A stretch of DNA of 64,000 nt from Lingula anatina (Eukaryota; Animalia; Brachiopoda). The DNA is taken from assembly GCA_051362555.1 (NCBI GenBank), contig CM120646.1:20212001-20276000 (forward strand). Reading direction: 5' to 3'. The notes under the pieces were generated by a model. It saw nothing but the letters and a program-made list of their open reading frames with translations, was not told where the DNA came from and did not search any database. The position numbers were made by a program, and so were the translations under genes. This document shows positions 13,402-26,046 of this stretch, piece by piece (position 1 is the first letter of the stretch; every line of letters starts with the position of its first letter).

Positions 13402-13738
13402 ATCAAGGTCATTCAATTAATATTGATGACTACCACGGTTAACGACAAAGGGGAAAAATATTGACGTGGAAATCTACCGAAGCGGGTTTTGGTCTCGCTT
13501 CCGATGATTTCTCCCCGACGCATGTAATGGAAAACGAAGCAATGGCACAGTTAGTTGAATGTCAAGGTGACTCGATGTTCTTCTAACTGTTTATTCAGTA
13601 CAATATTTTTTATACCATGGCTTGTAATCTGTGTTCATAGTTGTATTTTATTACGCACGTAATCAGTGTCGTTATAACTACCAAGAACATCCATTTATCA
13701 AATATTCATATTTATTGTACTACTGAATCCCATATTAG

Positions 13739-13744
13739 AATAAA
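13739..13744 (+). terminator. Polyadenylation signal of copy B
   Basis: AATAAA in the conserved 3'UTR. Confidence 0.65.
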
Positions 13745-15459
13745 GATAATTCTCAGCAAATTTACTAATTCTTATCGTTGTTAGTTCGTTTAATAGTCTT
13801 TCAATTTTTCGTGAGGAAAGAAAAGCACTTCTAAATGCCTGTACATGTATTCAAAACAGTGAGATGGAAAGCGAAATGGCACAAGCTTGTGGGCATGCGC
13901 CGTGTTCTTTCAGTTTGTAAACACTTCCATTGATAGCATCTACATATATCGTTGATGCAACTTTAATAAGGACAAAGTTATATTGCAATATTCTAAGTTC
14001 TGAATAGTCTACGAGGTTAAATCAATAAAGTAATATCATGTATTGGGCTAATATTATCATACAGTCTTGATTTGCACGCACTGAAGGCTCATTCCCAATG
14101 AAACTTTCGGTCCACGTAGATAGATCCAAGTCTGGGGACTCCCTCTGAACGCAATCATATAACCAGATTAACACATCTCCTGTTATTGAGTAGAATACAG
14201 AAAAGCATGGTGATTATACGAGTACGTCGGAAACAAGTGGAGGCGTGCTAATCTGTATACATTCAACGATAAACCCCGCGGAGTTGGGTGGATCTACGAA
14301 GATCGACAGTTGCATTGGGAGTGCGCCCTTAGATACATGTTTTTGGGTAAATAGACACTATGAACACGTGTCGTTGACGAAAAAAAAAACATCAAAGGCG
14401 ACGTTTAAACGTTGTATCACGGGATGTCTCGTGACACTTCTGTGTTTACTTAGACTTTAATAATAAATCTTCCCGATAGCCACCAGATGTACAAATAATA
14501 CTTGGCGCAATCGCCTTGATATTTCCATCGCAGTGGTTAATATAAACCTCACACGCGTTGTGAAAATACGGATATCCACGGCCAAATTGGCCAATAAAAG
14601 TGGTCAATGTGTACTAGGTATACTTGGACAGTGTTCCTTATCTCTTATCAACAAGTAAACAAATAATGTCTCTGTTGTATAGTATCTCTGTTGCCCCAGC
14701 AACCACTAGACTGTGTGGGACTTATCTAGAGCCCGAAGATAAAGAAACCACTAGGCTGTGGGTCAGGGATTTTGAATGATCACACTCTTTCGTCCTTAAA
14801 TATTTCCAAGAGAGCTCGGTAATTTAAAGCATTTCGTTGCCTAAATGGAGCGGGATAAACCCTACAGAGCTGCCAAATATTTATCTAGTTTTAAATTTTA
14901 TTAAAATATTAGAATCGCCGTCCAAATAGAGGCTGCCAACGTCTGGTAAAAGCATAATATTGTTACTACAGCACGACATTTCTCTTTTGAGCAACCTCGT
15001 AGTTTTTAGTCGAAAACTTTAAGATGCTGTGGACAATGCTTTTAAGTGGCGTTAAAGGTAACAAAATTGGAGCGACTTTAACCAAGTCATTTCACTGTTC
15101 TATGAGAAAGGCGAATCCCTTATAAATCATTTACTCATGTCAATATTTCGCACCAGTAAATGCAATCGCAAATCCAACTGTGTATCTTACACATACAAAT
15201 GTATGCATATCTACATAAAGTAGTTCTTCCCCTTTTAAATCCCTTAATTTCATAACTGAAAATTGATTAAAACTTGCCACTTTCAGTGTGACCAAACTAC
15301 GTTTTGGTCTGAAAACTTACAGGGAACGTATAGATAAAATGATCGGAAGTACCCTATACCATGGCCACAGATTACTTCCTTACAAGACATTCACCAGTAT
15401 GTCTCATGCTAATTCTGTACACTTTTCTCTATCGTCCAGCGAGAATTTTTGCATGAAAT

Positions 15460-15470
15460 CAGGCCCGTAG

Positions 15471-15516
<46 letters not shown>

Positions 15517-15647
15517 GGGGTTTTTTGCTGGGTAAATGTCCACTCTGGGTTAATTTGATTTAGGTTAAGTAAGGTTTTATGACAAAAGGTCTACAATTTC
15601 AGAAAAAGACCCCCCCTTTGTAATTGCTACATGTAGCTACGGGCCTG
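15460..15647. mobile_element. MITE with CAGG termini, internal poly-G tract and 5-bp TSD
   Basis: TIRs CAGGCCCGTAGC / GCTACGGGCCTG, flanked by GAAAT on both sides. Poly-G at about 15473-15520. Confidence 0.75.
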
Positions 15648-16529
15648 GAAATTATAACTTCATTTGACGCAGCTGACCTCTCCTACAGAGGATATTAAAT
15701 GGGTTATTTAAAATGGGGATGAAGTATATCCAAATTTATGCGGATATAAGTTTTGCAAATAACAGGACGCTTATTCAGGGTTGTTGTCAGCACGAGGTTC
15801 AAGGCATACGTAGCAGTGATAAACTTCATAAGAACGTCACCACTTACCCGGCAAATTAATCCGATTATGACCCGGGCTATATGAGGCAGAACACATATCG
15901 AAAAGATTTCGGTATTTGGTTTACACAACAGTTGTAAAATTAATTTTGTGGAGAGCTGTGAGTCATAACAGTGTAAGTATGTAGGACAGATACGGATTCA
16001 TTCTCGGTTCTTTGGAACAGGACGGCCGCGGTTAGGAAAATCACAAGTTAATAATTCTTAAACAAATTTGTTTTTCGTCTTTCATTCAAACTGGGGTACA
16101 AAAGTAATACATGAATCGGTGCACTTTGCCTACATAATAAATTTAAAATCACACCAAGGTTTATCGCATTGCTTAGATAGAATATTTTATGAGTAATTTT
16201 ACTGATACGTATGTCCATTATATAAAGATGGTAATGCACTAACTGTATTGTATCATCATTAGTATATCAAATTGTACAAGGTCATGACAATCTATGTACC
16301 AGTACAGAAATAAATTGAAATTGAATTGAATTGAATAAACCCCTGGTTTTATTAGATAAGGGAGTTTGATGCCTCTTTTACAGTCTGAGATGACTTACAC
16401 CTTAAATAATAAAACTTTTTATGCGTCCAAGTGAACACTAAATTATTGGTCCCTCTCTAGTCTTAATTCAATTCTTTGTAAATATGCATATATTGGGGCA
16501 GCTTTTGAACACACTATGTGAACGGTGTA

Positions 16530-17903
16530 TTAATCGCATAGCAAACGAAAAACGAGCTGTGCAAAAATCATACCCGTTTTTCCTCGGGCCGGGGCATTAG
16601 ACGAAGTGCAAAGAAAGTGACCGCTGTCACAAGTTGTATTTATCATGACATTTTTGAAGTTAAATCCATCGATTATTTCAATTCCTATCTCTTTGAGTTT
16701 GCTTTGAATAAATTCGTTCACGGCCGGAATCATAAAGTAGTTAGCATCCTGCTGTCCCGAACGCCTTGGGGAGGTGTTGATGTATATAATTCTTAATGAG
16801 GACGTAAGAGGATTGGTCCGAACGCCTTTAATAAATTCGAGAAAAGGCGGGAACTTTTCTTCAATCAACTTGTCCGCTCGTTGAGTCACAACATCCCAAA
16901 TACCAAAATTAAATAATACTATGTCACTCGCAGTCAACGGAGTGGTAATATTGGATAACATGATGCTTAAGAGCTTCTTTGTCATCGGCGGGTACACAGC
17001 AGAGACAACCGTGAAAGGTGTAGAGTTGAGTTTTGAGCCAGCGCTGCGCAGTTCTTGCCTCAAATAAGTCGCCATATTTTGAACGTGTGAGTCACCTAAC
17101 ACCCGAATACTACGTTTACCTTGATAGCAGTGTTTCAATTTTTCACCGGACATAAATGGCAGAATACAACCATCGTCCGTTCCCCAGTTCCACCCATCCT
17201 TAATTTTCCACCACCGACCTTTCACGTATTCGCGAGTTGCTTTATTGAGACAACGAAGATCCGTCGTTCCGTTCTTTGGTGTTATAGGTATCACACGCTC
17301 TGGACAAATGTGTTCCGTAATTAAATGTTCATGAATTCTTCCTGGCCACTGACCTCCGTCATGATGCCTGAACGCCTCAAAGTTAACGTAATCCAGAAAA
17401 ACTGTCCCGTTTACACAACCGTATATCTTAGGACACGTCCCCGTATATGTACCGTTGAAGTGATCCCTAACAGAACAAATGTGGGCCTCCGTATGCCCAA
17501 GGAGTTCCACCCTAAAACTGCTGCCTCCGCCTGAAGGGTAAAAATACTTTTTCCCCGCCGGCGTCGATTCCCTTAGGAAATATTCTTGAATCCTAACATA
17601 CGGTCTTTCCCTTTTATTTGTAATGAATTGTACTGTGTGGCTACGGTTGCCGATGAAAGCTGTCTTCTTCGCGGGACACGTTCGGCTACAATTGTACCAG
17701 AAGTACAGTAACTGTTCAAGTTCGGCATGGCCACTTTTTGCCCAGGCCTCACTTTCTGCTGATACAGGTGATTCTCCAAAGTCTGCTTGAATGGTGAAAG
17801 GTTTTAAAAGATTGCCGTACCAAAAAACCAATACAACAATTATACATGTACAAGCGATGAAAAACGCGAATTTCAGTTGTGCCCTACAATTGTACTTTGA
17901 CAT
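16530..17903 (-). CDS. NXPE-family (neurexophilin + PC-esterase/SGNH) type II membrane protein, 457 aa
   Basis: Single-exon ORF. N-terminal TM (FAFFIACTCIIVVLVFWY); neurexophilin-like GGSSFRVEL...V.DHFNGTY; GRW; SGNH blocks GKRSIRVLGDSH, VLFNFGIWD and C-terminal DSGH (DxxH). Confidence 0.8.
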   Translation of the reverse strand: MSKYNCRAQLKFAFFIACTCIIVVLVFWYGNLLKPFTIQADFGESPVSAESEAWAKSGHAELEQLLYFWYNCSRTCPAKKTAFIGNRSHTVQFITNKRERPYVRIQEYFLRESTPAGKKYFYPSGGGSSFRVELLGHTEAHICSVRDHFNGTYTGTCPKIYGCVNGTVFLDYVNFEAFRHHDGGQWPGRIHEHLITEHICPERVIPITPKNGTTDLRCLNKATREYVKGRWWKIKDGWNWGTDDGCILPFMSGEKLKHCYQGKRSIRVLGDSHVQNMATYLRQELRSAGSKLNSTPFTVVSAVYPPMTKKLLSIMLSNITTPLTASDIVLFNFGIWDVVTQRADKLIEEKFPPFLEFIKGVRTNPLTSSLRIIYINTSPRRSGQQDANYFMIPAVNEFIQSKLKEIGIEIIDGFNFKNVMINTTCDSGHFLCTSSNAPARGKTGMIFAQLVFRLLCD

Positions 17904-18381
17904 CCTATATCAGTCCAATGAGTAACTACAACAGTAACTTCACCTTGAATAATATGGTAATAGAAGTGTTAACATCGTGTTATCAATATTCTGCCAGGGG
18001 GCGTTACTCGCAATGATGCACTGGCTTTTGCCACCTGCCCATTTCACATTTTGAATAAGGTAATGTTAAAAAGCAAATTAAAAGGGTCAAGTATTTAATA
18101 TGATTGTTGTATCCAAGTAAAAAATAATTATTATGATACAGTAGCTGTAAAAGTACTTAAGAGTTTCATTAACTTTGGCCGTCTGCAGATAACAATCCGG
18201 GGTAGATAAGAAACAATAGAGAGCTTTCGCACCTGCACGTTTAGGCGACCGACTACAATTAGCTATCCGTAACCGTAAAATGACCAACGTTTATTTTTTC
18301 GTGACTTCGCAGAAAGACCCGGTTAGCCTTTACGGATAGTCGAATTGAACAGTAAGCTGATACATGTTTTACATGCTGTAA

Positions 18382-19566
18382 AGCCTCGGTCACAACCGGA
18401 CGCACAAATTTCAGGATCGTAGGTCCCCTGCGATTTTTGGGTGTTGCGGAGGCCGTGAAGGTCGTAGAGGTAGAGGAAAGTTTGCCTTGCGAGTCGCAAG
18501 GCCCCATGAGATGTCCTTTCAGGCAGGGACGCTAATTGTAAGGAGCGATGGTCGTGGAAATTGTACTCTTATTTTGAGTTTGTCTTGCTTCCTGTGTACG
18601 TGGCACACACTCACCACTTACGAAGGGAATGCAACGCGCGGCGAAAGAAGTGCCCTTTTGCGTCAGTTTTGCTTCACATTTGCCTCACACCAGGGCCGTA
18701 GCCTCCGGGGGGACAGGGGGGGCAGCTGCCCCCCCTGGGATTTGAGGTGCAAAAAACTTATCGCAATTTCTGACTTCTGATTGAGCAATAAATAACAGTT
18801 AAAATGCACCAGAATGCAGTATTATACATACAGTTTTTAAAAATTTTCCACACCGTGGTGGGGGAGGGGACACCCTCCCCCCCCCTTGGTGGCTTCGCCC
18901 CCTCGTGTCCGCTTACTGCCCCCCCCCCCCCCCTGGCAGTTTGCTCAGTCTACGGCCCTGCACACGTTTGTGGTGACGTACTGACGGCGTACGTCAGTTT
19001 TGCTTCCTGTTCTCCTCTTCTTTCTTCTTCCTCCTCTCTTTTTTCTACTATGTAATTTTCTTTCTCTTGCCTTTTGGAGGCATATTAGATACACAATTGA
19101 GCAAGAAATGAAATTTTTGAAAATTGCTGTACACGTTACATAGTCGATGTTCATGTAAAGACACAAGCGTTCGTCGTGAGCACGCCTTTTATACACCAGG
19201 CGTGGGGTGACGCACGTGCGACGTATTCCCGGTGTGCTCTCGACTTTGTTCGTTAGTTGTGAGGGCGTGCGCCTTACTCAACACGCAATGGGCACTTGCT
19301 CCTTCATTGTTTGCGACGTGCGTCTTGCACAACGTGCGTCTCTCTTGCTAACTCCGTGCGAGGGGAGCAAGTTACGCTTGCGGCCTGACTGTTCGCAGGC
19401 TATTCGTAGAAACTTTTGAACATGTCCAACATCCTCCGTACGTGCTTACGAGCTGTCTGCGAACTCGAAATTGCGTAAGAAGGCCTTGAGTGGGACGTGA
19501 GATTCTGCGCAAATTTTGGACGCAAACAGCCCGTTAGAGCCCGTTAGGCCGGTTGTGACCAAGACT
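18382..19566. mobile_element. Harbinger-type MITE (AGCCTCGGTCACAACC family), nested
   Basis: TIRs AGCCTCGGTCACAACCGG / CCGGTTGTGACCAAGACT, with TAA/TAG flanks. Homologous to 52336-53018 in the opposite orientation. Confidence 0.8.
18691..18960. mobile_element. MITE with CAGG termini and 5-bp TSD, nested at a third level
   Basis: TIRs CAGGGCCGTAG / CTACGGCCCTG with CACAC on both sides. G/C-run-rich interior. Confidence 0.75.
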
Positions 19567-19606
19567 TAGGCCTATGCAGAGACGTCAAATTAGGTCATAC
19601 ACCATT

Positions 19607-19918
19607 GGAGATCCGGCTTACCCCGTTAAAAGGTATCTGTTGAGTCCCTTCAGAGGAGCAAATTTAAGAACCGAAGAAGAAGAATTCAACAGGAGAATGT
19701 CCTCTGTGCGGGAATGCGTCGAGTGGGAGTTCGGAAACTTATTGTGAAACTTTGCCTTTCTGGACTTTTGAAAGAATTAAAAAGTTCTGTTGTCTCCTGT
19801 AGCCAAGCAGTACTTGGTAGGTGGTCTTCTGGTCAACTGCCATACCTGTGTGTATGGCAATCAGATGAGTCGGAACTTTAAACTAGATCCTCCCACCTTG
19901 GAGGACTATTTAGCATGA
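19607..19918 (+). pseudogene. PIF/Harbinger (DDE_Tnp_4-type) transposase C-terminal remnant
   Basis: Translates as GDPAYPVKRYLLSPFRG...FNRRMSSVRECVEWEFGNLL*NFAFLDF*KN*KVLLSPVAKQYLVGGLLVNCHTCVYGNQ...PPTLEDYLA*. Three internal stops. Confidence 0.85.
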
Positions 19919-20070
19919 ACTGTACACGTGTACATTGTGCGTATGGGAAATTAAAGAGTAAAACGTAAAATTCATACCGCAAGCAAACATTTATTTAAAT
20001 GAAATCTTGAATAAAAAACTAATGTTTTAACAAAGATTCAGCCCACGTGTATCTTGTAGGCAGCAAGAGC

Positions 20071-20307
20071 CTAGTATGTCAATTCAGCTTTTCTTCTTAA
20101 CCAAAGATTATGCGTAACCATCTCCATCATTTGTTTGTCTTTCTCAAATTGAGCTTCTCGCTCTTTCATTTCTAATTCAAAACGTTCTTTCTCGAAGGCC
20201 AACTTGTCTTTCAGGTAACTGACGTAATCTGCTGGTGAATCAGTACGGCGCTTCTTAGTTGCCTGCATGTTTTCGCATTTTTTAGCTGAAAAAAATAAGC
20301 GGGTCAC
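20071..20307 (-). pseudogene. Probable remnant of the Harbinger accessory ORF (coiled-coil C-terminus)
   Basis: KKRR...YLKDKLAFEKERFELEMKEREAQFEKDKQMM. It lies convergent with the transposase inside the TIRs, the usual two-gene Harbinger layout. Confidence 0.5.
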
Positions 20308-20391
20308 CGATCAATGCAGCGTCAGTTTTTGTTACTGATATAATAAATATTAATCGATATTTGCTATTAGAGACAATTTCATGTAAAGAAA

Positions 20392-20683
20392 AATGTGCTG
20401 TCTTTACTTTTATTTATAATTCATTTATTCAAATACACAAAACAGGACGCCATGTGACTTTCTAAACAAGGCTTCATAAAATTTGCATTAAAAGTCAAGA
20501 AGACGCCCTGTCAACTAAAGGAGAAAATCGAGCTACTAATGTGCTGTCCTTACTTTTATTTATAATTCATTTATTCAAATACACAAAACAGGACGCCATG
20601 TGACTTTCTAAACAAGGCTTCATAAAATTTGCAATAAAAGTCAAGGAGACGCCCTGTCAACTGAAGGAGAAAATCGAGCTACT
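20392..20683. repeat. Direct tandem duplication, 2 x ~146 bp
   Basis: aatgtgctgtc...aatcgagctact occurs twice with few mismatches. Confidence 0.9.
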
Positions 20684-22472
20684 AGTAGTATCTTACTAAA
20701 CGGCACTTACCTTACGCGTACGGATATCCTGCTTGTTATGCGTCAAGTGCAGACGCCTAGTCTACAGACCACTTATAAAGGCATGTGTACTCGTAACAAC
20801 TGCTCACAAAATGATGACCTAACAGTCTTATAATACAATCCGTCACGCGTGCGGAAGGCCAGTTCTGACTGCCTTGTGGTCAGTGGAAAATGCCTTTTTT
20901 GCGGGTATAACCTATATTTCAATAGTAACAAAAACATAGACACAAATAACAGAGACAACATGTTTGACATATATTGCAAAAATAAAATGTCCAATATGAT
21001 TTTAGCAGAGAAACGATCAACTTTGAAAGGCTTGATTTCATAAAATTATGCTGATTTGTCAAACCGTTTTTCATTGACGGGTAGCAATCTAGCTGCGGAT
21101 AATGTTCTCTCTAACCGTGTACACGTCACTAGACAGCAAAATATGATGACCTAAACGTAGTCGTTCGCCTAAACGTACTGGTGCGAAAGCTCTCTAATGG
21201 CCTGCCAAAATACTACTATTAGTACATGTGTACAGACGAATTTATCTCAAACGTAAATGGCAATTATTTGTGATAGGTAATCCGTGTACACAAACTTGGT
21301 CAGCTTATTTGAGGGAAAAATGCCAATCAAATTCACATTCATATGAAACAATTATGTCACAAAATTTCTATCCTTTGTGAAGGCTTTCGAACTTTGACTG
21401 CTTGGCTATATAAATATAACGTCTTACTTTATTGTTGTCTATTTCCTTCTCACTATGGTAAATTTTCTAGTATAACTAATAAGCAATAATAAAGACGACA
21501 ACGTACAATATTAATTGTAGGTAAAGCAATTTATTATCACATTATCAATCAGACAATCAACAAAGAAAACATACTTTTGTCTTTCTCAAATCTACCTGAG
21601 GTCTCCAACTGCTTTTGTCTTGTGAGACATGTAAATTAATCAAGAAATGAAAATGTTGTACTTCCTATCTTTTTCACTTTGTTGTCCATGTCAATTTATC
21701 TTATCAAATAAACTATTGGTATTTTCCGTCAGCTGCGACATCCAATTACTATATTTGTTTTATGAGGCCTCCTGTGGAAAGTGTACCGGGTAATGTTCCA
21801 AAACTCCTAACAAGGTATATATCTTCCAGCAGGTAGCTCAGAAGACCTCTTAAAACAAATGGTCAGCGGCTACAAGTAGAATCAAAGGTGGATGTTTTTA
21901 TTCCTTAGGCTCCCACTCAATTGATGCAGGCGTACATGATCTGGTATTTGCCTCGGTTATGCCATTTTTTTACTGTTATTTCAGTCATTTAAAAGTCTGC
22001 ACATGATGACAGGCTAAGGGTCTTCAAATTCATTTGTGCTTCAGATACAGCCTAGAAAAGTAAACACTGGACCAATCAATTATGTCTGCAATCAGAGAGG
22101 TTATCTTACAATATTATTACATGAAATAGAGTGGGTGGATGATTTCTCCACGTTGGGCATATTTTCCATAGGGACCAAATTATATTGGTTTTCCAGTAAA
22201 GTTGACACGCATTTATTTATTTACCTTTTGCGGAGTTCTTTGGGCCATCTTTTTCTTCCTTTGTGTACTTAATGCCTTCCTCAATTACCTGTTCAATATC
22301 AGCAGGGAGCTCTCACATTGGTCCAGGTAGATTTCTAGATAATAAAATTATATTTATCTTATTTAATCCATACTTTATATGATTACTGCACTCTTGATAA
22401 CCACAACAATACTAATGAATAAAAAACATCACCTTGGGTACATAATTATCTCAGTATTTCTACTTTTAGTTT

Positions 22473-22474
<2 letters not shown>

Positions 22475-22509
<35 letters not shown>
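22475..22509. repeat. (TG)n microsatellite
   Basis: Read directly from the sequence. Confidence 0.95.
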
Positions 22510-22514
<5 letters not shown>

Positions 22515-22922
22515 GTACTTCCCTCTTCTTTAAATAAATGAATTAAAATGCTTTTATTTTTCCTTGCAGTGAAAGTAACATAAATGTTATACATATATTA
22601 TACATTACTGTCATTTAAATACAAATAAATCGGCTTCAGGGATTTGATTTGGGACTGGCTAACTTTGCAAAAAGTGCGTTTCCATTGTGGATCACTAAGA
22701 GAAAAGAGACTCACATTCCCCGAAATCAGAAGATATCCTGAAAAAAATCACGCCTCTAACTTAATTCAAGTATACTTAACCAAAATATAAACACACAAAG
22801 AAAAAGGCGATTTATTTCTATGTCATTATCTACAATGTATGGCCAGGAATAGCAGTATATGTTCCTTAACAACTAAGCTATAACTTGTGGGAATTTTAGT
22901 CAATTTTAATCCAATCATCCCT

Positions 22923-23205
22923 GAGTAATGACATCAAGAACACAGAGGGGATCAAATTCTGAGTTCACAGAGGTCAGTTCCCTGTGTGTATCCAACATTT
23001 GGGATGTTCTGGATCACCGTTTCTGACAAGGAGTTCCAGTTCCCAAAAACATTCAACTGTGCGCGAGTCAGTCCAGATGGAAAGGGAGAACACGTCCATG
23101 GGCCGTCGGTGTACCGCTCTGTGTGAGGCTGACAGAGGACACACTCAGTACTAACCTATGTGAACTAAGAATTTGATCCCCTCTGTGCTCTTGATGCCTT
23201 TACTC
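22923..23205. mobile_element. MITE-like element with ~56-bp inverted repeats downstream of the ZNF stop
   Basis: gagtaatgacatcaagaacacagaggggatcaaattctgagttcacagaggtcagt matches the reverse complement of 23150-23205. Confidence 0.7.
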
Positions 23206-23410
23206 CAAGTCAACTGATTTCTAATAGACTGTTATGCCTACAGATTAATGATTAGTTGTTAATGAATATATATGCTGTTATTGCTGGTCATGCATTGTAG
23301 ATCATGACATAAATTTGAAAATCTTTTTTTTTTCTATGTGCGTTTTGTACTACGGTTCAGTACGTGTTATGAAACTATTAATCAAACAAATTAATAAATA
23401 ATTAGAATAC

Positions 23411-26011
23411 CTAATATCCCAAAGGCAAGTCTGAACTGGGCTCTAGCAAAGTCTGGGGAATGTACATGTTAAAGTCTGGCAGGTTTGCCGGGAAACCAGA
23501 GTAGGTCTGGTGGCAATGACTACTGTGATTCACCAGGTGAGATTTCCTGTTAAATCCCTGCTGACAGAGGTTACAGCTGTAAGGTTTGACTCCGGTATGT
23601 ATTCTCTCGTGTACTTTCATGTTGGAGAGATCAGAGAAGGTCTTGCCACAGTACTGACAGGAGAAGGGTTTCTCGCCCGTGTGCGTGCGCTCGTGCACGC
23701 ACTTGTCTCTGGCTGTGGTGAACGTCCTCTCGCAGAACGGACACTTATGGGAGCGTTCCCCTATGTGTGTGTTTTCATGATTTTTTAGTTTGTGATTCGT
23801 GGCGAATGCCTTGCCGCAGTACATGCACTGGTACGGGCGCTCTCCTGTGTGCACACGCTCATGAATTGTACAATTGGGCATCTGGTTAAAGCGCTTGCTG
23901 CAGTAGCGGCATTTGTATGGCCTGTCTCCAGTGTGGATGCGTAAATGTCGTTTGAAGACTGATCGCGACTTAAAAGTTCGACTACAATACGAACAGACAT
24001 ATCGACTGACTTGAGCCTTAACGCCCGCATTTGCATGCAACAACTCGTGATTCTCTAATGCATTTTTAGTTTCAAACTCGTGTTCGCAATGTTGGCACTT
24101 AAAGGGCGTGACACCTGTGTGAATCTTCTCGTGGTTGGTGACTGCACAAGCGCGTGCAAAGGGTTTCTCACAGAATTTGCATTTGTACAACTCCTGCACT
24201 CGCTGGTGCACTGCTTCCATATGGCGTTGTAAAACAGTGTTTGATATAAAAACCTTTTGGCACATTTCACACGCTGCATAATCCTGACGAGGAAGGTTGC
24301 TATTTTCAACTTGTTCGGCGTGTAGTCCCGAGATCTCATCCTTTTCCAATTTGCTTTTCTCCATTTCTGGATTAATATCATCTAAATCGGGTCTTTGGAG
24401 AAGAAAATGGTTGCTGTTGCCTTTCAAGTCGTCATAGGGAGATGCATCTTGTTGACATCTTTTATCGACTTGTTTATGATGTAAATCTACATGTTTACAG
24501 GTATGTTCTTCATCTTTGTTCTGCTCAATGTCCACTTCACTGACCCTTTGGGCCTTGTGAGATACTGTGGGCACTTCTGAAAATATGAATGGTTAATTTA
24601 TTATCAGTTTCAAAAGATGAAAAATATTGCTGGTGCCACATTGAGGGTGTATGGTATTTTTAAGATGAGATGCAGACTTTTTTAAGGTGTGGTGAAACAA
24701 AATTTGTAAATTTCAACACGTATTGTTTATAATAATAGAATTATGGTATTTTTATCGTGAAAATTACACTAAAAGGTATTTAAGGAGATTCTGTAAGTAA
24801 ACTATCTCTGGTAATAGAAGCGATTAGGCCTAATGAAAATACTCTCACTTGAATTTAACTACAAGTAACTCTTTGGGTAAGTTTAATGACTGACAGCAAG
24901 CAGTAACAGAAGATATAAGCATACACACTGTCTTTGTAAAGTTTGGCACTGTCACTCATTTCACTGTCAGCACTTCTGTCCTGTCCACCACTGGGGCTGT
25001 GGTCATCCATCACCTCTCTCCCTGCCTTGCTGTCTGAGCAGGTGCCCAGTGTGCTGTCCTGTGATGTGGCAGCCTGGGGAGGACACAGCACGGGGGACCT
25101 GGAAACAAGACATATCTCATGTTATCAGGTCAAGGATGTTATTAAAAGAGAAAGGGGGCAGATTTGAAATTTGAAACCTCGCCAACATTGCACCAAAATC
25201 TCTTCTACATCTGAGGATTAAGTCACCAATAGTCTTTCAATGAGAGGGGATTTTCTTGTAGTATCTCTCAGAACAGCCAAGGTAAAAAATCAGATTCTCT
25301 TGACTGAACAAATTGAAGAGGAATGAATTATCATAAAAGAGTATCATGAATTTGAGATAACTTTAAATATATAAAACAAATGTAACACTACATTGTTATT
25401 GCTGGCAGTATCTTTCTTCATCTGTATTGTACAAAATGCACCCATTCCACAATAATATTAATGTTGACATAGATTTAAAAAACTCATTTTTGCAATTTAA
25501 CTACAATTCCCTCACCAATAAACATAACTTAAAAACTGCTTATTATTTGAAATAAATAAGATGACAGAGGTTTTTTCTTTTAGAATAACACAGATTTTAA
25601 TAAAAAAAATAATGATAATAATTCTTGAATTGTAATTACTAAAACCTTATAATCTGAAAAAAATTACTTTGTCGTTTTTGTCCTTCCTGATGTTGATATG
25701 TCACCCTTCATTCTATTTTCCTTCTGTGATAGTTTTTTTGATGACCAGTTGCCTCTGGAATGTATCTTCTTCTTACAAGAGCCTTGTCTTGGACTCCCCT
25801 TGCTATCTGCTGGAGGACGCCCCTCTTCTGAAGTATAAGTGTTGCAAGAGATCAGAAATGTACTTATAAAATTTAGTTGAGATAAGAAAGAAATAATTGT
25901 TTCATACTTATACTGGACTGATAGATGTCAATCATCTTCACATTTATTTTGTAGGGACAGAAAATAATAATAATAATTATTATTATTTTCTGTCCCTACA
26001 AAATACAGTTT

Positions 26012-26046
<35 letters not shown>

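Larger units (their letters stand above)
18218..21195. mobile_element. Decayed PIF/Harbinger-superfamily DNA transposon
   Basis: ~39-bp TIRs AGAGAGCTTTCGCACCTGCACGTTTAGGCGACCGACTAC / GTAGTCGTTCGCCTAAACGTACTGGTGCGAAAGCTCTCT. 3-bp TSD AAT. Contains a DDE transposase remnant and a convergent second ORF remnant. Confidence 0.85.
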
